Shown: positions 31,200 to 40,306 of the stretch, piece by piece
Layout of the letters: every line of letters starts with the position of its first letter
Position numbering within the stretch: position 1 is the stretch's first letter
Assembly: GCA_963713865.1 (NCBI GenBank)
Contig: OY970208.1
Location: 704,001 to 768,000, forward strand
DNA length: 64,000 nt
Direction of reading: 5' to 3'
DNA from: an uncultured candidate division Zixibacteria bacterium
GTDB taxonomy: Bacteria > Zixibacteria > MSB-5A5 > RBG-16-43-9
The notes under the pieces: generated by a model
The model's input: the letters and a program-made list of their open reading frames with translations, nothing else
What the model was told of the DNA's origin: nothing
The model's database searches: none
Program-made: the position numbers and the translations under genes

Positions 31200-31847
31200 C
31201 TATGGTGAGCCGTAATTTTTCACCATAAACAAAATACTCTGCAAGGCACCGCTGACATTGGATAATATTTTGGAATATCTTTTCAAAAGCTCACTATACT
31301 GCCAGCGGATGCTGAACGCCTTTTCCGGGAACTCGAAAAGGTCTAAAAGGGTTTTTTTATAAATCTCATCTAAATATTTTAAAACGAAATAGGGATAATC
31401 CGGGACATTAGGATCCTGCACTTCTCCTCTGGATAATCTTTCTTTGTACATCTCAACTTTCTCTAAGATAACTGTACCAAAGCACCAGGGAGACATTATC
31501 ACCTCTAAATCAGAAGAATCAGCATAATAGGTGTAGATATATTTCAGCACCTGATCAGCCAAAAGCCTTTTAGCTCGATAATAGGAAAGGCTCTCGATTT
31601 TTTTAGGGTCACACTGGCTGATCTTTTTATCTATCTCCTTTTTCTCCTCCAGGCATCTGGCTTCTACCCTTTCTAAAAACTGGTAAAAATCCTCAAAATA
31701 AACCTTTACATTCTCATTCAGGGTTAAAATGTAAGACCCTCCCTCATCCCTCTTTATCCTAGGCTCCTTAAGTGAAGAAACCCTTTCTTTTGGAAAACCT
31801 CTTTTTAAACCAGCTTTTAGCATCGATTCCCCTTTCCCAAAAGTCAT
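31200..31847 (-). CDS. Hypothetical cytoplasmic protein
   Basis: 215-aa ORF (start may be 31823) with a sigma-54-type promoter and a terminator; no recognisable motif. Confidence 0.75.
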   Translation of the reverse strand: MTFGKGESMLKAGLKRGFPKERVSSLKEPRIKRDEGGSYILTLNENVKVYFEDFYQFLERVEARCLEEKKEIDKKISQCDPKKIESLSYYRAKRLLADQVLKYIYTYYADSSDLEVIMSPWCFGTVILEKVEMYKERLSRGEVQDPNVPDYPYFVLKYLDEIYKKTLLDLFEFPEKAFSIRWQYSELLKRYSKILSNVSGALQSILFMVKNYGSP

Positions 31848-31879
31848 AAAACCTGAGAAACAAACACACTAAATACAAA

Positions 31880-31895
31880 AGCAAAACCTATGCCG
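31880..31895 (-). promoter_or_regulatory. Sigma-54 (-24/-12) promoter
   Basis: CGGCAT-AGGTT-TTGCT on the - strand with canonical spacing. Confidence 0.6.
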
Positions 31896-32240
31896 TTAGG
31901 ACTGGTAACCCCTTGAAGTATAAGCTATTATTGAGGTTGACCTTGTATTTATGGGAGAATTCCTATAATAAGTTTCAACCTTATATTATGCAACCACATT
32001 CATATTTGGTGCAAAAAGTATTCTTTATTCTTAGTTTGATTTCAAGGGAAATTATCAGGAGAATAAATAGTGTAACGAAAGCTGGACAGTTATAAATTTT
32101 CTCTAACTTTTTTATGATCTTAGAGTTAATTTAATTTTTCTAAAAATTAGAGAAGAAAAATGTTTAAAAACTGAACAATCAAGACAACCCACTAATAAAA
32201 CTTTTATGGTTAAGTTCAGAAAAACATACGAGTTATCAAA

Positions 32241-32257
32241 TTGGCAAATCAGTTGCT
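32241..32257 (+). promoter_or_regulatory. Sigma-54 (-24/-12) promoter of the PEP-CTERM gene
   Basis: TTGGCAA-ATCAG-TTGCT with canonical spacing; TGT-N11-ACA at 32161-32177 is a candidate enhancer. Confidence 0.7.
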
Positions 32258-32314
32258 TATATTTATATATTATTAATACTCATTAAAAAAATTTTAATGA
32301 GGGAGGATGGATAA

Positions 32315-32962
32315 ATGAAAAAAGTTTTAGTCGTATTATTCTTTTGGGGAATCTTAGGTCAAACTTCTTACTCTCAGGCTACACTTTTTGATGGGTGGAT
32401 GTCTTTCTCCTGTAATTATCTGAGTGATAATATCTATGAATACAGTTACAAGTGGGGTGCTAGCACAACCCTGAACCAAGAGGAGATTGATAATCTCTTT
32501 CCGTATGAAACAGGTCCATGTATGAACGATGGGTTATATAGAAGAGCAATTACTGGAATAGGCACAGATTTTGGATTTGCCCTTTGGTGGACCAATACGG
32601 TTGATGTACTTTATATCTCTTCAATTTTAGATGATGAACCTGAAATAGAAAATAGAACAGATATAGGTTCTGTTTTTTATGGCTGGGGAGATAGAGCTGC
32701 CTGGAATCAGAACAGGGAACTTACCTTTAGAACAAGGAGAAATACCGGGAGACAACAGATACTGGTTAATATAGATTATTATGCTTCATACAACTTAATA
32801 TCTGGAGTGGATAGGCCTGGCTTTTGCCTTACTGCAGGAACCCCTCTACAACTTACTGGAAGTTTCGAGCCTGCACCTGAGCCAGGAACTCTTCTTTTAT
32901 TAGGCTCAGGTCTATTAGGTTTGGCTGGGTTTGCAAGGTTTAGATCGAAAAAGAAAAGTTAA
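32315..32962 (+). CDS. PEP-CTERM sorting domain protein
   Basis: Signal peptide; C-terminal APEPGTLLLLGSGLLGLAGFARFRSKKKS. Confidence 0.92.
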   Translation: MKKVLVVLFFWGILGQTSYSQATLFDGWMSFSCNYLSDNIYEYSYKWGASTTLNQEEIDNLFPYETGPCMNDGLYRRAITGIGTDFGFALWWTNTVDVLYISSILDDEPEIENRTDIGSVFYGWGDRAAWNQNRELTFRTRRNTGRQQILVNIDYYASYNLISGVDRPGFCLTAGTPLQLTGSFEPAPEPGTLLLLGSGLLGLAGFARFRSKKKS

Positions 32963-33068
32963 AAATAGAACAAAAAGCGTAGGTCAGCCATATCCCGCCA
33001 AGAGCGGCTGGTTGACAGTCTATTTAATAATTTAACTTATTAGCTAAGCAGGCCCTGCTATGCCTGAG

Positions 33069-34058
33069 CTACTTAAAGAATTTCTCTTTTACTGGGAAAA
33101 GGCCAAATCCTCCGCCGGTGTGCAAGAATATAACATCTTTATTTTTAAAGAACTCGCCTTTCTTTAGCATATCCAAAAAGCCAAACATCGCTTTACCAGT
33201 ATAGACCGGGTCGAGAAGCATTCCAGTCTGGGAAATAAAAGCTTTAATAAATTCCAGTTCCTCTTTTGTATTCAGGGCATATCCTTTTCCCACATAACCC
33301 TCAATTATCTTAATCTCTTTTTCTGAGAATTTTATCTTCAACCGGTATTGTGAAATGGTTTTTTCCAAAAGCGAATAAATCTTCTCAGCAGGATATGACG
33401 GGAGAAAACGAACATTTATACCTACAACCTCTGTTTTCCATCCAGAAAGTTTTGCACCCAGGAAAAGCCCGCCATAGGTCCCGGCAGAGCTTAAAGCAGT
33501 AAAAATCCTGCTTATTTTCAGATTAAATTTATCTATTTGTTTTTTCATCTCGAAAGATGCTCTGATATAACCCCAGACCCCAAGTGGACTTGAGCCACCC
33601 TCAGGTATGATATAAGGATTTTTACCCTGAGATTTTAATTCTTCTGAAATCTCTTCCATTGTCCTATCCACATTACCATATTCACTAGAGGGAATAAATC
33701 TTATCTCCGTTTTACAAAGTTTATCTAAAAGGAGATTTCCATCAATCTGAGGAGTTTCGTCCCCAAAAAGAATCAGGATTGATTTTAATCCCAGGCGAGC
33801 AGAAACCAATGCAACAGCTCTGGCATGATTAGATTGAAAACCTCCACAGGTGATTAAAGTATCTGCTTTTCTCTTCAGAGCATCATAAGCTAAGAATTCC
33901 AGTTTTCTCACTTTGTTACCCGAAAGACCGAACCCGGTCAGATCATCCCTTTTTATGAATATCTTGTATTCTGAAGGAATAAGCGGAATATCTTTGAGTT
34001 TTTCCAGAGGAGTAGGAATATTTGCCAGATTCAAAGATTTAGGAAAAGATTGTTTCAT
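33069..34058 (-). CDS. D-cysteine desulfhydrase / ACC deaminase family PLP enzyme
   Basis: KRDDLTG...GNKVRKLEF, QSNH, LDPVYTGKA and HTGG motifs. Confidence 0.9.
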   Translation of the reverse strand: MKQSFPKSLNLANIPTPLEKLKDIPLIPSEYKIFIKRDDLTGFGLSGNKVRKLEFLAYDALKRKADTLITCGGFQSNHARAVALVSARLGLKSILILFGDETPQIDGNLLLDKLCKTEIRFIPSSEYGNVDRTMEEISEELKSQGKNPYIIPEGGSSPLGVWGYIRASFEMKKQIDKFNLKISRIFTALSSAGTYGGLFLGAKLSGWKTEVVGINVRFLPSYPAEKIYSLLEKTISQYRLKIKFSEKEIKIIEGYVGKGYALNTKEELEFIKAFISQTGMLLDPVYTGKAMFGFLDMLKKGEFFKNKDVIFLHTGGGFGLFPVKEKFFK

Positions 34059-34450
34059 ATTAATTTTAAATTAGTTAATCTTGACTTGGAAAACAAGAAA
34101 ATTCCATTAATGAGTTTCTTTAGGGGTGGGGTCACCCCGTCCCTACAATTTTGCGATCCTGTCCTACGGTGCCTACGGCAGATGTAGTCGCCGTTATTAG
34201 GAAAAGGATCGCACTACGAAATAAAACCTCTTTACAAATTTAGGGCTTGGTTTTAAATTGGTTTTGGATTATTCCCCGCCTTTGAGGGCAAGGCGGGAAT
34301 ACCTGGTGGTAGAACAGACATTCGTGTCTGTTCAGTCAGAGAGCAAAGCATGACCTACGGAGGCGTAGCCACGTAGCCACAGGAATATCTGACCTACTAA
34401 ATGGGTAAACCCAGGTTGCCCTCAACTTGGGTCCATATCCAAGTATATAG

Positions 34451-34891
34451 ATGAGACGTATTTTAGGAATAGATTTCGGTGAAAGAAGGATCGGGTTGGC
34501 ATTATCTGACCCTCTGGGTATAATCGCCCAGCCCTTTTTGACCTTTGATACCCAGAAAGATGGAGACATCTTCAAGAAAATAGAAGAGCTAATCGAAGAG
34601 AAAGGCATAGAAGAGATAGTCCTGGGGATGCCCAGAAATATGGACGGTACCATTGGAGAGAAAGGGAAAGTAGTTCAGGAGTTCTCACAGATGCTTTCCA
34701 ACAGAGTGCAAATACCAATTATTTTTCGCGACGAGAGGTTAAGCTCCGTTGAATCCTTAAGGATTTTGAGGGATGCAGGGGCAAAACTGCACAAATATAA
34801 AAAATCCGTGGATAAACTCTCCGCCGCCTTGATCCTTCAGGGCTATCTGGACAGCTCAAAGCGAAAGGAAGATGAAAAATCAGAGTTTTAA
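34451..34891 (+). CDS. ruvX: YqgF/RuvX RNase H-like protein
   Basis: ILGIDFGERRIGLALSD, DERLSS, DKLSAALILQ. Confidence 0.93.
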   Translation: MRRILGIDFGERRIGLALSDPLGIIAQPFLTFDTQKDGDIFKKIEELIEEKGIEEIVLGMPRNMDGTIGEKGKVVQEFSQMLSNRVQIPIIFRDERLSSVESLRILRDAGAKLHKYKKSVDKLSAALILQGYLDSSKRKEDEKSEF

Positions 34892-36020
34892 AAGCTCACT
34901 TTACCAGTGGACAATCTTCATTCTTTCTACTGTTCTTATTTTCCTCTCTTCAATTCTACTTTTCGTATCAGCTTTGATAATCAACCTGTTTTTACTGGTG
35001 AAAAAAATGACCTATCATTTCAGAAAGAAAACTCTGGTTAAAACTCTTTTATCTTCCTGCATAATCTTACTTTTAATCGTTTTATATATCTTCTTTTATC
35101 CTTTGAGCTGGAAAGTTGAGAAAGACAGTTTCTTTATAGTAGTGGAAAAAGGCGATAATCTGCCAATTATCTCACAGAAACTGAAAAATTCAGGTTTGGG
35201 ATTTAACTCTCCAATTCTCTTTATCTCCTCCAAACTACTGGGCATCGACCGGAAGATCCTCCCTGGAAGGTATGATTTTCAAAAAGGTGTAACCCTTTCT
35301 AATCTCTTAAGAAAATTCTACAAAAACGAAACCTCTTCCATCGACGTTACCATCCCTGAAGGTTATAATCTCTATCAGATAGCCGGGCTTTTAAAAAAAG
35401 AGATAGGGCTGGACTCTGTCCTTTTTGTAAAGACCTCCCTGAATACCAGTTTGATTCACAGCTTGGGATTGGGCACTAAGAGTTTTGAGGGTTATCTTTT
35501 TCCCAATACCTACAGGCTTTTCTGGAAAATGGAACCGGAGAAAATCATCGAAATTATGGTGCAGGAGTTCAAGAAAATTATTGATGTTACAATCCCTATG
35601 CAATTAAAGAGCCTAAATCTGGACCTTTCAAAAATAGTAACTTTAGCCTCCCTGGTGGAATCTGAAGCTAAAGTAGACAACGAGAGACCTTTGATCTCTG
35701 CGGTTTATCATAACCGCTTGAAGATGGGGATGCCTTTACAGTGCGACCCTACGGTTATCTATGCACTGGGCGGGCTGAATCGACCCTTGACCCACGAGGA
35801 TTTAGAAGTTGATTCACCGTATAACACCTATAGATATCCCGGACTTCCTCCAGGACCTATTAGTAACCCTGGAAAAGCCTCCATTCTGGCAGCCTTATTT
35901 CCGGCTAAGGTGAATTATCTTTATTTTGTGGCAAAAGGTGACGGCTCTCATATCTTCTCTGTTAGTTTAGAGGAACATAATCAAGCTATTACTAAAATAA
36001 AAAGGGGAAATAAAAGTTAG
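34872..36020 (+). CDS. mltG: Endolytic transglycosylase MltG
   Basis: TIPEG, EGYLFPNTY, ASLVESE, LQCDPTV, SPYNTY...GLPPGPI. Confidence 0.94.
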   Translation: MKNQSFKSSLYQWTIFILSTVLIFLSSILLFVSALIINLFLLVKKMTYHFRKKTLVKTLLSSCIILLLIVLYIFFYPLSWKVEKDSFFIVVEKGDNLPIISQKLKNSGLGFNSPILFISSKLLGIDRKILPGRYDFQKGVTLSNLLRKFYKNETSSIDVTIPEGYNLYQIAGLLKKEIGLDSVLFVKTSLNTSLIHSLGLGTKSFEGYLFPNTYRLFWKMEPEKIIEIMVQEFKKIIDVTIPMQLKSLNLDLSKIVTLASLVESEAKVDNERPLISAVYHNRLKMGMPLQCDPTVIYALGGLNRPLTHEDLEVDSPYNTYRYPGLPPGPISNPGKASILAALFPAKVNYLYFVAKGDGSHIFSVSLEEHNQAITKIKRGNKS

Positions 36021-36200
36021 AAATGAAAGTTATCAGACAGAAGTTCAACTCCTACCCAAGAGGTAGAAGAAAAAAGTTTGCTTGTTATTAGTCTCCTGAC
36101 TAAAGACCTTTTCCTCGTTAGAGAAGACACCAATGAAGAGCAAGAGTTCTATCAGAAGTAACTGGTGGAACAGGCATCTTGCCTGTTCCTTACAATTTCT

Positions 36201-37271
36201 ATGCGTACCGGAATAGCCTATCTCCCTTTACACTACGGCAAGGCACCGGCCTGGCTTTTCCAGAGGATGAAAAAGCTTGCCCGGGAGATAACCATAATCA
36301 TCGTCTCAGATTTTGGAGCAGAAGAGTTTTTAAAAAGGGTATCAGACCCTTTCTGGTTTCAGTCCTTTGGCTGTGTCTTAGGTTTTGACTGGCATTCCTC
36401 CGGGGTTACTACAACCGTGGGTGGAGCTTTGAAAGAGGGGCTAAAAGGATTAGAAAAAGAGTTAGGTTTGGTTGTCGCAGGAGGTAAAGGTGGAACCTCA
36501 AGGAAGACTCCTTCTGAAATAGAAAGTTTCGGAGAGATTCTATCTTTGCCACAGGAAAAAATTAAGAATCTGGTATATGCTTCCAGGATGAGCGCTAAAG
36601 TCGATACCTCTGCCCTGCAGGATGGTTTTCAGCTTTATCATCACAATTTTATCTTCACCCGTAGGGGAGACTGGGCAGTATTCCAGCAGGGGATGAACCT
36701 GGATTTAAGAGCGGCAAGAAGATATCACTGGCTTTCATCAAGCTTGGAGGATTTTGTAGAAGAACCACATACTGCTATTTGTACTGAGAAAAGATCAACT
36801 ACCCTGGACTTAACCGCTAAAGTAAGTAAAACCACCAGAGAGATGAATGTGGAATTAATTAAAGAAAATTTCCCAACTCTATTGAGAGACCTGAAAAAAT
36901 TGGATACATTAATTTTGCCAAAGTCCCATCCAATTTATCCGGTGAACTTTGATGTTAAAAGATTAGACAAAATTTTAAGAAGCATCAATGATAGAAAACC
37001 AGGGGATTTTGAAAGGATGTTAGGTTTATCCGGAGTAGGTCCAAAAACCATATTAGCTTTAAGCTTAATCTCCGAGCTAATCTATGGCACCAAGCCTTCC
37101 TGGAAAGACCCGGCCCGATACTCTTTTGCCCACGGAGGAAAAGACGGCTATCCCTATCCGGTGCAGAAAGAGACCTACGACCAGTCGATTGAGATTTTAC
37201 GCCAAGCCATAAAAAAAGCAAAAATCGAGAGGTCTGAAAAAATAAAAGCTTTAAAGATATTAAGACCGTAG
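36201..37271 (+). CDS. DUF763 domain protein
   Basis: LPLHYGKAPAWL, DWHSSGVTT, AHGGKDGYP; start moved to ATG 36201. Confidence 0.88.
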   Translation: MRTGIAYLPLHYGKAPAWLFQRMKKLAREITIIIVSDFGAEEFLKRVSDPFWFQSFGCVLGFDWHSSGVTTTVGGALKEGLKGLEKELGLVVAGGKGGTSRKTPSEIESFGEILSLPQEKIKNLVYASRMSAKVDTSALQDGFQLYHHNFIFTRRGDWAVFQQGMNLDLRAARRYHWLSSSLEDFVEEPHTAICTEKRSTTLDLTAKVSKTTREMNVELIKENFPTLLRDLKKLDTLILPKSHPIYPVNFDVKRLDKILRSINDRKPGDFERMLGLSGVGPKTILALSLISELIYGTKPSWKDPARYSFAHGGKDGYPYPVQKETYDQSIEILRQAIKKAKIERSEKIKALKILRP

Positions 37272-37471
37272 CGTTGCCACTCCTGTGGCAACGAATGGAC
37301 GTCCTCATAGGAATGAGGACGCTACAGTTTTTTGGAGTACATTATCCGTGATGATGCTGTGCATCCTTTGGATGCATTCAGTAAAAATCCTACGGGCGCT
37401 ACTAAGACCTCGGTATCCCACTTTGCCCTCAAGGTGGGATTTTTCTCTGTGGAGACGCATGCAATGCGTCT

Positions 37472-39928
37472 CTACTTCAATAACACTAATTTCTTTGCCT
37501 CAGAAAAATCTCCAATTTTTATCTGATAAAAATAAATTCCTGAAGCAACCTCTTTTCCTGAATTATCCTTCCCATCCCAGAGAACAGACTTATAACCTGC
37601 AGATAAATTTTCGGAAACTAAAGTCCTCACTTTTCTACCCAAGATATCATAAATCTCTAAGCTGACAAAACCTGAATTCACCAGAGCAAATTCTATCTTG
37701 GTGCTCTGATTAAAAGGATTTGGGTAATTCTGAGACAAGGAAAACTGTTTGGGCAATTGGTTAATTTCCTCTTCATCTTCTACGTTGACAATAATGGTCC
37801 GATTAAAAAGAATGGATACATTGTCGCTCCAATCATTTGCCACTGCCAGGTCTAAATCTTTATCCCCGTCTAAATCCGCACAAAAAATAGAAGAAGGAAT
37901 AGATCCTGCACCATAATCCACCCTGGTCTGAAAAGTCCCATCCCCGTTGTTCTTTAAGATGGAAACATTGTTGCTACCACCATTTGCGACCGCCAGGTCC
38001 AAATCTGCATCCCCATCTAAATCCGCACAAAAAACTGAAGTAGGACTATCTCCTGCACCGTAATCGACCTTGGTCTGAAAAGTCCCATCCCCGTTGTTCT
38101 TTAGGATGGAAACATTGTCGCTACCACCATTTGCGACCGCCAGGTCCAAATCTGCATCCCCATCTAAATCCGCACAAAAAACAGAAGTAGGATAAGTTCC
38201 TGCACCATAATCCACCTTGGTCTGAAAAGTCCCATCCCCGTTGTTCTTTAAGATGGAGACATTGTCGCTACCATAATTTGCCACTGCTAAGTCTAAATCT
38301 GCATTCCCATCTAAATCCGCACAAAAAACAGAAAAAGGACCATCTCCTGCACCATAATCCATCTTAGTCTGAAAAGTCCCATCCCCGTTGTTCTTTAGGA
38401 TGGAAACATTGTCGCTAAGCCAATTTGCCACTGCTAGGTCTAAATCTGTATTCCCATCTAAATCCGCACAAAAAACAGAAGAAGGACTAGATCCTGCACC
38501 ATAATCTACCTTAGCCTGAAAAGTCCCATCCCCGTTGTTCTTTAAGACGGAAACATTGTCGCTACCACTATTTGCCACTGCTAAATCTAAATCTGTATCC
38601 CCATCTAAATCCGCACAAAAAACAGAAGTAGGATAAGCTCCTGCACCATAATCCATCTTAGTCTGAAAGGTCCCATCCCCGTTATTCTTTAAGATGGATA
38701 CATTGTCGCTCCAGCCATTTGCCACTGCTAGGTCTAAATCTGTATCCCCGTCTAAATCCGCACAAAAAACAGACCAAGGAACATTTCCTGCACCATATTC
38801 CACATTAGTCTGAAAAGTCCCATCCCCGTTGTTCTTTAGGATGGACACATTGTTGCTACCACCATTTGCGACCGCCAGGTCTAAATCTGCATCCCCATCT
38901 AAATCCGCACAAAAAACTGAAGTAGGACTATCTCCTCCACCGTAATCGACCTTGGTCTGAAAAGTCCCATCCCCGTTGTTCTTTAAGATGGAAACATTGT
39001 CGCCGTCCTGATTTGCCACTGCTAAGTCTAAATCTGTATCCCCGTCTAAATCCGCACAAAAAACAGAACGAGGACTATCTCCTGCACCATAATCCACCTT
39101 AGTCTGAAAAGTCCCATCCCCGTTGTTCTTTAAGATGGAAACATTGTTGCTACCACTATTTGCCACTGCTAAGTCTAAATCTGTATCTCCATCTAAATCC
39201 GCACAAAAAACAGAAATAGGATACAATCCTGCACCATAGTTGACCGCACTCTGAAAAGTCCCATCCCCGTTGTTCTTTAAGATGGAAACATTGTTGCTTC
39301 CATAATTTACCACTGCCAAGTCTAAATCTGTATCCCCATCTAAATCCGCACAAAAAATAGAAAAAGGTAATTGTCCTGCACCATAATCTACTTTAACCTG
39401 AAAAGTCCCATCCCCGTTGTTCTTTAAGATGGAAACATTGTCGCCGTCCTGATTTGCCACTGCCAGGTCTAAATCTGTATCCCCATCTAAATCCGCACAA
39501 AAAATAGAAGCAGGATAAACTCCTGCACCATAGTTGACCGCACTCTGAAAAGTCCCGTCCCCGTTGTTCTTTAAGATGGAGATATTGTTGCTTCCATAAT
39601 TTGCCACTGCTAAATCTAAATCAGCATCCCCATCTAAATCCGCACAAAAAACAGAATAAGGATTATATCCTGCAACATAATCCACCTTAGCCTGAAAAGT
39701 CCCATCACCATTGTTCTTTAAGATGGAAACATTGTCGCTACCCCCATTTGCCACAGCTAAGTCCAGATCGCCATCCCCATCTAAATCCGCACAAAAAACA
39801 GAACGAGGATCCAATCCTGCGTCATAGTCTATCCTTGTATCAAAAAGCGGTTCAAAAGCTTGTGCGAAATGTGGGAAAGTAAATAAGAATAAAAAAAGGG
39901 CTGTGAAAAACTTGCCTTTTGAAGACAT
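37472..39928 (-). CDS. Secreted FG-GAP repeat protein (14 x 49 aa) with C-terminal FlgD-Ig/T9SS-like domain
   Basis: Signal peptide from ATG 39928 (RBS AAGGAGG); 14 DLDGxxDLDLAV repeats; C-terminal LSQNYPNPFN...WDGKD...SGIYFY. Confidence 0.92.
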   Translation of the reverse strand: MSSKGKFFTALFLFLFTFPHFAQAFEPLFDTRIDYDAGLDPRSVFCADLDGDGDLDLAVANGGSDNVSILKNNGDGTFQAKVDYVAGYNPYSVFCADLDGDADLDLAVANYGSNNISILKNNGDGTFQSAVNYGAGVYPASIFCADLDGDTDLDLAVANQDGDNVSILKNNGDGTFQVKVDYGAGQLPFSIFCADLDGDTDLDLAVVNYGSNNVSILKNNGDGTFQSAVNYGAGLYPISVFCADLDGDTDLDLAVANSGSNNVSILKNNGDGTFQTKVDYGAGDSPRSVFCADLDGDTDLDLAVANQDGDNVSILKNNGDGTFQTKVDYGGGDSPTSVFCADLDGDADLDLAVANGGSNNVSILKNNGDGTFQTNVEYGAGNVPWSVFCADLDGDTDLDLAVANGWSDNVSILKNNGDGTFQTKMDYGAGAYPTSVFCADLDGDTDLDLAVANSGSDNVSVLKNNGDGTFQAKVDYGAGSSPSSVFCADLDGNTDLDLAVANWLSDNVSILKNNGDGTFQTKMDYGAGDGPFSVFCADLDGNADLDLAVANYGSDNVSILKNNGDGTFQTKVDYGAGTYPTSVFCADLDGDADLDLAVANGGSDNVSILKNNGDGTFQTKVDYGAGDSPTSVFCADLDGDADLDLAVANGGSNNVSILKNNGDGTFQTRVDYGAGSIPSSIFCADLDGDKDLDLAVANDWSDNVSILFNRTIIVNVEDEEEINQLPKQFSLSQNYPNPFNQSTKIEFALVNSGFVSLEIYDILGRKVRTLVSENLSAGYKSVLWDGKDNSGKEVASGIYFYQIKIGDFSEAKKLVLLK
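37805..39835 (-). repeat. Intragenic tandem repeat, 14 x 147 bp
   Basis: Near-identical blocks such as TAAATCCGCACAAAAAA and GAAAAGTCCCATCCCCGTTGTTCTTTAAGATGG recur every 147 bp. Confidence 0.95.
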
Positions 39929-40204
39929 CTCTGCCTCCTTTCTGGGATACATGTGTGTAACAATATATTCATAACTCAAAAATGAAAAAAGTCAATATAA
40001 ATATTCTAAAAAATATGGAGTGCATCATCCGTAGGATGCTTTAAAATCACCTCTCCCCTCTACGAGCCGTAAAGCTATAATCGGTTTGTGAGAGAGGGCT
40101 TCGGTGGGAGCTCAGCCGAACAGTTATGGTGAGGGGGAATAGAAATAGTATCACCCTCCCCCTACCCCCTCCCATTAAGGGAGGGGTAATAAGCATTAAC
40201 ACGG

Positions 40205-40278
40205 TCAATGCACTCCATAAAAGACGTCCGGGATAAACCCGGACGCTACATTCTGTAGCCCCACCTTGCCCACAAGGT
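40205..40278 (+). repeat. About 75-bp direct repeat (second copy 43026-43101) flanking the second FG-GAP gene
   Basis: TCAATGCACTCCA.AAAAGACGTCCGGGATAAACC.GGACGCTACATTCT...CCCCACCTTGCCCACAAGGT in both copies. Confidence 0.85.
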
Positions 40279-40306
40279 AGGATTCGACATCCGTCATGAT
40301 TTTTTA

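Noticed and set aside
34270-34440. Structured ncRNA or riboswitch upstream of ruvX
   Set aside because: It resolves into short hairpins of the REP-like families seen elsewhere, with no conserved riboswitch or 6S features I can identify.
37805-39835. CRISPR array
   Set aside because: The period is 147 bp, in frame within a protein; there is no short repeat/unique spacer structure and no cas genes.
37805-39835. Diversity-generating retroelement, suggested by NNT hotspot codons
   Set aside because: No reverse transcriptase or template repeat in the window, and neighbouring adenines at synonymous sites (e.g. the GGA codon before the hotspot) are invariant. Kept only as a hypervariability finding.
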